Shown piece after piece: positions 7,737 through 16,024 of a stretch of DNA of 30,122 bases (position 1 is its first letter; each line of letters opens with the position of its first letter). The DNA is from Dehalococcoidia bacterium. GTDB taxonomy: Bacteria; Chloroflexota; Dehalococcoidia; Lucifugimonadales; UBA3495. A program made the translations under genes and the position numbers. A model generated the notes under the pieces. It ran no database searches. It saw nothing but the letters and a program-made list of their open reading frames with translations, and was not told where the DNA came from. The stretch lies in contig JASLXV010000052.1 of assembly GCA_030740155.1 (NCBI GenBank), forward strand, positions 1 to 30,122. The letters are read 5' to 3'.

Positions 7737-9455
7737 ATGCCTTTAGCTTGCGAACTGATTGTTCAGACCCTGGAAGAAGCGGGCGTGGAATACGTCTTCG
7801 GTATCCCCGGAGGCGGCACCGGCCAGATCTTCAACTATCTCTACGGCAAAGAGGACCGGATCAAGGTCATTCTGGTGCGCCACGAACAGTCGGCGGCGAT
7901 CATGGCCGACGCCTACGCGCGGGCCACCGGCAAGCCGGCGGTGGTAATGGGCCAGGGCCTTTTCATCGGCTCCAACGCCTCCTTCGGCATCATGGAGTCG
8001 ATGCTCAGCAGCTCCCCAATGGTGATCCTCACCGATACCTCCGATGGGGGCGTGGGCATGCACCCCGCCAACCAATCGGGTGCCGGAGAGTACGGGAGCA
8101 TCGACCTTCCCGCAATCTTCAAGGCAATGACCAAGTACACGGCGGTGGCGGCCAGCCCGAAGGAAGCGGTCCTGACCACCCAGCTAGCCATCAAGCACGC
8201 CACCTCCGGAAGGCCCGGTCCCGCCGCCGTGGTCATGAGGTCGGCGGCCATCGGCGGCGAGGTGGACCTGGAATCGCCCCCCTTCATCCACCCCGCGTCG
8301 GGATACCTAAACACTGTCAAACCCCAGAGCGCCCCCCAGGATATTCAACGAGCGGTCGAAATCCTCTCCCGCTCCCGCCGCCCGGTGCTGGTCGCCGGCA
8401 ACGGTGTCCACGTGTCCCGCTCCCACCAGCAACTGATGGAGTTGGCCGAAATGTGGGGTATGCCGGTGGCGACCAGCTATAAAGGAAAGAGCGCCATCGC
8501 CGAGACGCATCCGCTGTCCCTGGGCATGGTGGGGGTTTATGGCCAGGAAGTGGCCAACCGGGTGGTTGGAGACGCCGACACCGTGCTGGTGGTGGGCGCC
8601 AAACTCTCCCCCCAGGATACGGTGGGCGAGCAGCCCGGTATCTTCGATCCCCGGCGCCAGCACATCATCCAGATCGACATTGACGACCGCAACGCCGGCT
8701 GGACTTTCCCGGTGGAGCTGGGGCTGATCGGCGACGCTGGCCGAATTCTGGACCAACTGATCGAAGCGTCCCGCCAGCCGGCGCCGGACGCCGCGGCGTC
8801 CCACCGGGAGTGGGCCGGCGGCCTACCGAAGAGAAAACAGGATCTGTCGTACCACGACGATCCGGAGATGCACCGGGATAGTTCGCCGGTAACCCCTCAG
8901 CGGCTGGTGGCGCTGCTCCAGGAAAACCTGCCGCCAGACACCGTTTTCGCCCTGGACGCGGGCAACAACCGCACCTGGATGGCCCACCTCTACCAGGCAC
9001 GGCAAGCCGGCACCTTTTTCTGCCCCGGCGGCACCGCCGGCATGGGCTGGGCCCTCCCCGCGTCGGTTGCGCTGAAGCTGGTTTACCCGGACCAACCGGT
9101 GGTCTGCGTGACCGGCGACGGCGGCTACATGATGACTGTTCACGCCATTTCCACGGCGATGCAGTACCACCTGCCCATCATCTGCGTGGTAATGAACAAC
9201 AACGCCCTGGGCATGGTTCGCGGCCACCAGGCGCCGGACCGGAGGATCGCCTCGGAGTTTGTCGACACCGACAACGCGGCGGTGGCCCGAGGGTTCGGGG
9301 CCTTCGGCGTGCAGGTCAAGGACTCCCGGGACTTGCCCGAAGCCATTCGGCAGGCCCAGGCCTCGGGGCTGCCCGCGGTGATCGACGTTCTCATCGACGG
9401 CGGCCCCAGCCCCGACGACTGGCGCGCTGGCGCCCACCGCGCCGGAGAGACCTAG
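7737..9455 (+). CDS. Thiamine diphosphate-binding enzyme, acetolactate synthase-like family
   Basis: FGIPGG, RHEQ (catalytic Glu), GDGG...NN ThDP motif. Start set at ATG 7737 with RBS CAGGAG. Confidence 0.93.
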   Translation: MPLACELIVQTLEEAGVEYVFGIPGGGTGQIFNYLYGKEDRIKVILVRHEQSAAIMADAYARATGKPAVVMGQGLFIGSNASFGIMESMLSSSPMVILTDTSDGGVGMHPANQSGAGEYGSIDLPAIFKAMTKYTAVAASPKEAVLTTQLAIKHATSGRPGPAAVVMRSAAIGGEVDLESPPFIHPASGYLNTVKPQSAPQDIQRAVEILSRSRRPVLVAGNGVHVSRSHQQLMELAEMWGMPVATSYKGKSAIAETHPLSLGMVGVYGQEVANRVVGDADTVLVVGAKLSPQDTVGEQPGIFDPRRQHIIQIDIDDRNAGWTFPVELGLIGDAGRILDQLIEASRQPAPDAAASHREWAGGLPKRKQDLSYHDDPEMHRDSSPVTPQRLVALLQENLPPDTVFALDAGNNRTWMAHLYQARQAGTFFCPGGTAGMGWALPASVALKLVYPDQPVVCVTGDGGYMMTVHAISTAMQYHLPIICVVMNNNALGMVRGHQAPDRRIASEFVDTDNAAVARGFGAFGVQVKDSRDLPEAIRQAQASGLPAVIDVLIDGGPSPDDWRAGAHRAGET

Positions 9456-9531
9456 GCGAGGGGGGGCGACTACACGAGTTGCGGCTAAAGCGGGCGCCGA
9501 GGCCCAGGAACCAGAGGGAACCGGTGCACGC

Positions 9532-9599
9532 GCCCTCACCCTCGTTCCCTCTCCCAATGGGAGAGGGATGCCCTGGCGCAGCCTGGGCTGGGTGAGGGC
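9532..9599. repeat. CCCTCACCC...CCCTCTCCC palindromic repeat
   Basis: Outer IR GCCCTCACCC/GGGTGAGGGC; inner hairpin TCCCTCTCCCA-A-TGGGAGAGGGA. Confidence 0.75.
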
Positions 9600-9805
9600 A
9601 AGCCTCCTTCCGCTGAAACCTTGCGCCTCGCCCGCTTCCACGGTACAGTGGTACCGTTCCGAGCCGGGTATCATTTAAGGAAACGGCCGATAGCCCGAAG
9701 CCGATGGCCGCGACGCAATTCCTGGGACCGAGGGGCACCAAGAGCCAGAACTTCAGAATCTCTGTGGTTCTGTGACTCTGTGGCCAAAAACCTGAGAGGC
9801 GACCT

Positions 9806-11209
9806 GTGAACGAAACACGCCGGCTGGCTGAGTTTATCGCGGGTACGAGCTACTCCGACCTCCCCGAAGCGGTGGTCGAGGCCACCCGGGTGTACATCCT
9901 GGATAATCTGGCCAGCGGGCTGCTGGGATCGAACACCCCCTGGGCTGAAATGGTGGGAAGCCTGGCCTGGGAGAGCGCATCCAGCGGGCCCTGCTCGGTC
10001 ATGGCCCAAGGCTGGACCACCTCACCTTCCTACGCCGCCCTGGTCAACGGCACCATGATCGGCGGATTCGAGACCGACCACTCCTACGGGCCCGGCTCGT
10101 CCCATCCCAGCGCCGGTGTCTTCCCGGCCGTCATGGCCGTGGCCGAGCGTGACCGCCTGGACGGCAAGACGTTCCTGGCGTCGGTGGCCCTTGGTTACGA
10201 GGCGGCCTGCCGGGTCGGCCTGGCCGCCACCCGGGCGGTGGAGGACGTTGCCGGTTTCCACGGGCCCGGCACCAACGCACCCTTTGGCGGAGCGGCCGGG
10301 GCCGGCAAGGCGCTGGGCCTGGACGCGGACCGCCTGACCAACGCCCTCGGCATCGCCGGGTCCCACGCCGGGGGGGTTCTGGAGTTCGCCCGAGAGGGCG
10401 CGATGACCAAGCGGATTCACGTGGGCCGCGGCTCCCAAATGGGGCTGGAGAGCGCCCTGTTGGCCGCCAAGGGTTTCACCGGTCCCTCGACAATCCTGGA
10501 GGGAGACAAGGGCTACCTGAAGGTGTATTCGCCTTCGCCGAACCCGAAGGCGGTGGTGGAAGGGTTGGGCCAACGCTACCTTCTCATGGACGTGTCGCTG
10601 AAATCCTACGCCTGTCACGGGTCTTTTCACTCGGTGATAGACAGCATCTGCCGCTTCCGGGCGGATCATCGGTTCGGAGCCTCCGACGTGGAATACGTCA
10701 AGGTGGCCGGGCCCGAGCGGATGATGGAGGCCCGGTTCACCGGCCGGGAGCCGGCCAGCGTGCTGGGTGCCCAGTACAGTCTCCCCTTTTCCGCGGCCAT
10801 CGCCCTGTGCCGGGATGCCGGCGACCCCCTGGTTTTCAGTGAGGCGACGTTGTGGGACGCCCAGGTCCGGGAAATGGCCCAGCGAATCGAGCTTGAAGAG
10901 GTCCGGCCCGGCCAACACCCGGACCGGCTGGGACGGGGCGATCTCGGCGAACCCGGCAGCCCGATCGCCGAGGTTACCCTGACCGTCTCCGGGGATACCC
11001 ATAGTTTCCTGGCGACCGGCTGGAAGGGGGCGCCGTCCAATCCCTACACCTACGACGAGATATCCCGGAAGTTCAGCCGTTATGCCGCCACCTTTTTGCC
11101 GGCCGGGCGCATCAAAGAGATAATCGACCGGGTCCGCGGGTTGGAGCAGCAGCAGGATATCGGCGAGTTGACCCGGTTGCTGCGGGCCGGCCTCGCCATC
11201 ACCGCTTAA
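9806..11209 (+). CDS. MmgE/PrpD family protein
   Basis: AALVNGT..GGFETD, HPSAGV, LGYE, MTKRIHVG, GFTGP..ILEG, K.Y.C, AQYSLPF; 467 aa. Confidence 0.93.
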   Translation: MNETRRLAEFIAGTSYSDLPEAVVEATRVYILDNLASGLLGSNTPWAEMVGSLAWESASSGPCSVMAQGWTTSPSYAALVNGTMIGGFETDHSYGPGSSHPSAGVFPAVMAVAERDRLDGKTFLASVALGYEAACRVGLAATRAVEDVAGFHGPGTNAPFGGAAGAGKALGLDADRLTNALGIAGSHAGGVLEFAREGAMTKRIHVGRGSQMGLESALLAAKGFTGPSTILEGDKGYLKVYSPSPNPKAVVEGLGQRYLLMDVSLKSYACHGSFHSVIDSICRFRADHRFGASDVEYVKVAGPERMMEARFTGREPASVLGAQYSLPFSAAIALCRDAGDPLVFSEATLWDAQVREMAQRIELEEVRPGQHPDRLGRGDLGEPGSPIAEVTLTVSGDTHSFLATGWKGAPSNPYTYDEISRKFSRYAATFLPAGRIKEIIDRVRGLEQQQDIGELTRLLRAGLAITA

Positions 11210-11320
11210 CCTTCCCCCATTGGAAGAGGAGACGCTCGGGCGCGCAGAGCAAGGCCTACCCAACCGGGAGCCGGCGGGGTGACAACTACTCGGCTGTAGC
11301 CGATAATGGAGGCGTAACTC

Positions 11321-13303
11321 ATGGCGGTAACCGCTCTGGAGATCAAGTCCCGGCAACCCTACGCCGACGGAGTGTCCTTCAGCGACGTGGGACCCTGCGA
11401 ACTGGTGGACGCCGAGGTGCGGTTCGCCGTGGACCCGGACCACCCGGCCAACGAACTCATCACCGACCTGAAGCTGGCGCCACGGGACGCCGATGGGAAG
11501 GTCTCCTTCTCGGCCGATTTCCGGATGGTCCGTCCCGTCGACCCGCAACGGAGGAACCGCCGCGTCTTCCTGGATGTACTGAACCGGGGCCGCCAGCGTG
11601 CGCTGAGATACATTCAAGACGCGCCCGAAACCCTGGACGCCGGTCTGAATCCGGGCGGCGGCTTCCTAACGCGCCAGGGCTACACCCTGGTCTGGTGCGG
11701 CTGGCAGCACGACGTGCCCGATGGCCCGGGGCTGCTTCACATCCGGGTCCCCGGCGCCGTCACCTCCGAAGGTCCAGTCTCCGGAAAGATCGCCATCACC
11801 TTCCAGCCCAACGCGGCCTCCCCAACGCGCCTGCTCTCCGACCGCGGGCAACGCAACAACCCGGCCGCCGATACCAGTGAGCCCGGGGCGGTGCTCACCG
11901 TCCGGGACCACGAATATGCCCCCATCCATGTCTTCCCCCGCGATCAGTGGGCATTTGCCCGGCTTGAGGACGGGCAGGTGGTGCCCGACGCCGGTTATGT
12001 CTACCTGGCCGCCGGGTTCGTGCCGGGGAAGGTCTACCGGGTGATCTATACCACGCCGGCGGCGCCTATCATCGGGCTTGGCATGGTAGCCACCCGCGAC
12101 ATTGCGGCGTTCCTGAAATACGGGACCGAGCAGGAGGGTAACCCCTGCGCCGGCGGGATCGAGCGCGCCTACGCCTTCGGCGCCTCCCAGAGCGGCCGGT
12201 TCCTTCGCCACATGCTCTACCTGGGATTGAACGAGGACGAAAGCGGCCGCATCGCATACGACGGGATCATCGCCCACATCGCCGGAGGACGGCGGGGTGA
12301 GTTCAACCTGCGCTTCGGGCAGCCGTCCAACGTTCTCGAACACAGCGTCGGCAGCATGTTTCCCTTCTCGGACGTTGAACAAACCGACCCGGAAACCGCC
12401 CGCACCGGCGGGCTTCTTGACCGGCTCACCGCCTCGGGCAAGCTGCCCAAGGTGTTCTTCACCAACACCGCCGCCGAGTACTGGGGCGGCCACGCGGCGC
12501 TGATCCACACCGACGTCACCGGAAGCAACGACCTTGCTCCATCGGAGTCGGTCCGAATCTACCACTTCGCCGGTACCCACCACTCTTCAGGCAAGTTCCC
12601 TCTGGGCGACGTCGATCCGGCCAACGGCGCGCGGGGTTGGCACGCCTTCAACTCCGTTGATCTGACGCCTCTGCTCCGGGCGGCGGTTTTCCATCTCGAC
12701 CGCTGGGTGAGTCACGGAGAGGCCCCTGCTCCCAGCCGGCATCCGCGATTGGACGACGGCACGGCGGTGCTGCCGGGACACACGGCGGCGGCCTTTCGGA
12801 GTCTCCCTGAGGTCGACTTTCCTACCCACCCGCGCTACATCTGCCGGCTCGATTTCGACGAGGAACAGGGAGTGGCCACCCGGCTGCCAGCGACCGTCGG
12901 CAAACCCTATCCAAATCTGGTTTCCGCAGTGGACCGGGACCGCAACGAAATGGCCGGTATCCGGCTCCCCGACCTAACGGTGCCCCTGGCGACCCACACC
13001 GGCTGGAACACCCGCCACCCGGACATCGGAGGAATGGGGCAGACCATACCGATGATCGGCTCCACCATGCCCTTCCCGCCAAACCAAGAGGAACGGGAGG
13101 CCTGGGGCGACCCGCGCCTCTCCATCGACGAGCGTTACGCCTCCAGGGACGATTACCTGGAGCGGGTTCGGGGCGAAGCCCGCAAATTGGTCGACGAACG
13201 GTATCTGCTGGCGGAGGACCTGGAGACCGTGATCGGGCACGCGGCCGAACGCTACGACTTCTTCCGGAACCGGATCAAGGAGGCCCAAGCCGCGAATGAT
13301 TGA
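11321..13303 (+). CDS. Alpha/beta hydrolase domain-containing protein (about 660 aa, GxSQSG type)
   Basis: Nucleophile elbow FGASQSGRFL, NTAAEYW, FAGTHH, GIRLPDL.VPLAT.TGWN, DPRLSIDERY; RBS GGAGG. Confidence 0.85.
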   Translation: MAVTALEIKSRQPYADGVSFSDVGPCELVDAEVRFAVDPDHPANELITDLKLAPRDADGKVSFSADFRMVRPVDPQRRNRRVFLDVLNRGRQRALRYIQDAPETLDAGLNPGGGFLTRQGYTLVWCGWQHDVPDGPGLLHIRVPGAVTSEGPVSGKIAITFQPNAASPTRLLSDRGQRNNPAADTSEPGAVLTVRDHEYAPIHVFPRDQWAFARLEDGQVVPDAGYVYLAAGFVPGKVYRVIYTTPAAPIIGLGMVATRDIAAFLKYGTEQEGNPCAGGIERAYAFGASQSGRFLRHMLYLGLNEDESGRIAYDGIIAHIAGGRRGEFNLRFGQPSNVLEHSVGSMFPFSDVEQTDPETARTGGLLDRLTASGKLPKVFFTNTAAEYWGGHAALIHTDVTGSNDLAPSESVRIYHFAGTHHSSGKFPLGDVDPANGARGWHAFNSVDLTPLLRAAVFHLDRWVSHGEAPAPSRHPRLDDGTAVLPGHTAAAFRSLPEVDFPTHPRYICRLDFDEEQGVATRLPATVGKPYPNLVSAVDRDRNEMAGIRLPDLTVPLATHTGWNTRHPDIGGMGQTIPMIGSTMPFPPNQEEREAWGDPRLSIDERYASRDDYLERVRGEARKLVDERYLLAEDLETVIGHAAERYDFFRNRIKEAQAAND

Positions 13304-13422
13304 TCCCGGAGGGTTCTCGTCCCTTTCAGTTGGTTCCCAACCCACCCACTCGCGTCCCAACCTACGCGGGTCCCAACGCGTGGTTGAGCCGTTCAACTTC
13401 CCGGTGGCCTGAGGGAATGCCG

Positions 13423-13451
13423 CCAATCCGGCCTTCCTCCGGCCACGTATA
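13423..13451 (+). promoter_or_regulatory. Putative autoregulatory ECF promoter
   Basis: CCAATCC-16 bp-CGTA directly upstream of the ECF sigma gene. Confidence 0.5.
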
Positions 13452-13456
13452 CGCTT

Positions 13457-14071
13457 GTGAGGGGCTCTGCCTTCCCGGTCACAGGGAGCCCTGAGTTCGT
13501 GGAAATTCAAGGGCCAGAGGACCACGAACTCATCCAGCGAATTGCCGGGCACGACAAGGATGCTCTGGAAGCTCTTTACGCCAGGTACTCCACGCCGGTC
13601 TACTCGCTGGCCATGTACATGCTGAAACAGGAATCGCTGGCCCAGGAAGTAACCCAGGAGATTTTCCTGAATATCTGGCTCCGAGCCTCCAGCTACAAAC
13701 CCGATCGAGGTCTGCCGCGGGCCTGGATCATGAGCGTGGCCCACCACAAGATCGTGGACTTGATCCGCTCCCGCCGGCGGGCGACGGCTCACACCGACCC
13801 CGGAGGCTACGAGCTGCTGGAACTGATCCCCTCCGGCCAGGCATCCACCGAAGAAGAGGTTGAGCGGAACCTGGACCGGGAGCGCATCATCAAGGCCCTT
13901 GCCAACCTGCCGCCAGCCCAGCGAGATGTGATTATCCTGGCCTATTTCGAAGGGTACTCCCAATCTGAGATGGCAGACAGGCTGGGCGAGCCTTTGGGAA
14001 CCGTCAAGGCCAGGGTACGTCTCGCGATGCAGAAATTGCGGGCCTTATTAGAGCAAGATGTCATCGAGTAA
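13457..14071 (+). CDS. ECF RNA polymerase sigma factor (SigK-like)
   Basis: Region 2 AQEVTQEIFLNIW...AWIMSVAHHKIVD; region 4 YFEGYSQSEMA..LG.PLGTVKARVR. Start is GTG 13457 or GTG 13499. Confidence 0.95.
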   Translation: MRGSAFPVTGSPEFVEIQGPEDHELIQRIAGHDKDALEALYARYSTPVYSLAMYMLKQESLAQEVTQEIFLNIWLRASSYKPDRGLPRAWIMSVAHHKIVDLIRSRRRATAHTDPGGYELLELIPSGQASTEEEVERNLDRERIIKALANLPPAQRDVIILAYFEGYSQSEMADRLGEPLGTVKARVRLAMQKLRALLEQDVIE

Positions 14072-14981
14072 TCTCGACAACCGGTCTCATCCGGACGAAC
14101 TGTTGGGCGCGTATGCCCTGGATGCCTTGGATAACGAGGATACGTTACTCGTGGAGTCCCACCTGGAGGATTGCCCGCGGTGCCGCCGGTCGTTCGCCGG
14201 GTTCCAAAGCACCGCGGAGCAACTGGCCCGGCTGACCGGCGGCCGCCAGCCGGACCCAGCGGTTCGTTCCCGTTTGATGAAAGCAGTCGCCCAAGCCGGG
14301 TCCCCGCCCAAAACCGCCGGGGTGCTGCCTTGGTCCCACACCCTGCCTCCGATGATCAGACTCCTGCTCCCCGTGGCGGCGATGGTGGCCGTTGCGCTAT
14401 TCACCCTCGGCGTCTTCATGAACATCCGCATTTCCGACCGGGTGGAAGGTTTGGAGAACGAGAACTCTACCCTGGTGGCCCAGGTGAGCGATGTGAACCG
14501 CGAGAACTCCACCTTGACCATCCAGCTATCCCAAACCGATACCGAGGCGTCCGATCTCGCCGACACGTTGCGCCAGCTACAGTTGACCAGCTACTGGATG
14601 GCCAATCCGGCGAACCTGGCCCTCGCGCTGAGGCCACGCGACGGTGGCGGAGACTCCCGGGGCATACTTCTGGTGGGCGATAGCGGTAACCGAGCATTGT
14701 TGATGGTGTCGGGCATGGGCGGCCAGGCGAGTCTCTCAATCTATCAAGTCTGGCTGTCCCGGCAAGGGGATCGGCTATGGGCCGGCGAAGTGCGGGTCGA
14801 CGACAACGGATGGGGTACGGTTACACTGCAACCCACCGAGTCGGTGTTCGGATTCGACAAGGTGGAACTCACGGCGGAAACCGTGGCCGGCGTCGCGCCG
14901 GGCCCCAAGGACATGGTCCTTGAAGGCGCCATTCAAGACCCAAGGTCCTCGGAGACGCTGATACCGGAGCCTTGGCCCTAG
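14058..14981 (+). CDS. Zinc-binding (ZAS) anti-sigma factor, RskA-like, with TM helix and coiled coil
   Basis: ELLGAYALDAL...HLEDCPRC (HxxxCxxC), TM segment, C-terminal YQVWL RskA-like domain; overlaps the sigma gene by 14 bp. Confidence 0.92.
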   Translation: MSSSNLDNRSHPDELLGAYALDALDNEDTLLVESHLEDCPRCRRSFAGFQSTAEQLARLTGGRQPDPAVRSRLMKAVAQAGSPPKTAGVLPWSHTLPPMIRLLLPVAAMVAVALFTLGVFMNIRISDRVEGLENENSTLVAQVSDVNRENSTLTIQLSQTDTEASDLADTLRQLQLTSYWMANPANLALALRPRDGGGDSRGILLVGDSGNRALLMVSGMGGQASLSIYQVWLSRQGDRLWAGEVRVDDNGWGTVTLQPTESVFGFDKVELTAETVAGVAPGPKDMVLEGAIQDPRSSETLIPEPWP

Positions 14982-15114
14982 CTCGAGGCGCTTGGTTGCG
15001 CACCCGATCGAAGATTGAGGCATCGTCCCCCACCCATCGGCGTTCGGGTATGGTACCCTAGCTGAAAGCTGATGACGTGGATGTCATCGTGCTGTTCTCA
15101 GACGGGAGGGCCGG

Positions 15115-15624
15115 ATGCCAATCACCGTGCTCATTCTTTACGACCGCAAAAGCGCCGCTATTGAAGCCCTCGCGGAAGCGGCGGCCGAGGGTGTACAGGG
15201 TACCGGGGTAGCCCGCGCCAACCTGAAACGCGTCGAGGAGGCGGCCCGAGAGGACTTGCTGACCGCCGACGCCCTGATGCTGGGCTCCCCGAACTGGAGC
15301 GGAGTCACCGGTTCCCTGAAACTCTGGCTGGACGAAACGGGAGACCTGTGGGAGGAAGCCGCCCTCGCCGGCAGACCGGCGGCGGCCTTCACCACCGCGT
15401 GGGGTCGTCACGCCGGCCTGGAAATGACTCTCCTTCAACTGATCCATTGGCTGCTCGCTTGCGGGATGATCGTCGTCGGACTCCCCTGGTCGGACCGGAT
15501 GCGCTACTCCGGCTCATACTACGGAGCAGCCGCCACCGACGGAATCTCCGATGACGATCTGGCCCAGGCCCGTGATTTGGGCGCCCGCCTCGCCATTATC
15601 GCCGCCCGGCTCCAAGCCAACTAG
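15115..15624 (+). CDS. WrbA-like flavodoxin / NAD(P)H-dependent oxidoreductase
   Basis: DALMLGSPNWSG, LKLWLD, LAGRPAAAFTT, GLEMTL, GSYYGA; RBS GGGAGG. Confidence 0.88.
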   Translation: MPITVLILYDRKSAAIEALAEAAAEGVQGTGVARANLKRVEEAAREDLLTADALMLGSPNWSGVTGSLKLWLDETGDLWEEAALAGRPAAAFTTAWGRHAGLEMTLLQLIHWLLACGMIVVGLPWSDRMRYSGSYYGAAATDGISDDDLAQARDLGARLAIIAARLQAN

Positions 15625-15811
15625 GTGCTTGCGGCGCTCCGGCCTATCCGCCGCCAAGGGCCTTGAGTCGATGGCTGCGGTTCACGCATCGAGCATCAAA
15701 CCGCGGCTAAGTGCTCCCCTACCAAGTTCCTGGCGACACACGTCCACTCCCAGAAGCGACCCTTTGGTCGGACCATGCTTCTTTAGGGGGTTCCCCCAAC
15801 CCCGAATATTT

Positions 15812-15852
15812 GTTTGTCGGCGCGCGGGGCCGCGCCCCGCGCGCCTACAAAC
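15812..15852. repeat. GTAG-type REP-like palindrome
   Basis: GTTTGT-C-GGCGCGCGGGGC-CGC-GCCCCGCGCGCC-T-ACAAAC, with GTAG on the minus strand at 15845-15848. Confidence 0.65.
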
Positions 15853-16024
15853 CTCCTTGGGCAGGTGGGCGGGAATGTGAAAGTCAGTCAATGAATAAGG
15901 CAGAAGGTCTTCGGTCAGATTTGGATCGACATCTGGGTTGCCGCAAGGAGCCGCCGGGAGAATGGAGAAGGCGGTGGCGCCCACTTTCGGTGAGGCATCA
16001 CCGCCTTCACGGCTTTCGCCGGGA

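Noticed and set aside
7737..9455. Calling either ThDP enzyme ilvB (biosynthetic AHAS)
   Set aside because: No ilvN/ilvC/ilvD neighbours, and AHAS-specific motifs (e.g. GQV...FQE, MVRQWQ) are absent or altered.
10022..11617. 531-aa antisense ORF, and similar long shadow ORFs (1349-2107, 7442-8482, 16730-17761, 22157-23548)
   Set aside because: They overlap well-supported genes, show no recognisable motifs, and are expected in high-GC DNA with few off-frame stops.
15046..15090. Fluoride-riboswitch-like GCTGATGAC motif before the flavodoxin gene
   Set aside because: The P1 loop (GGGT-ATGGT-ACCC) is too short, and the required 5-6 bp pseudoknot complement is missing.
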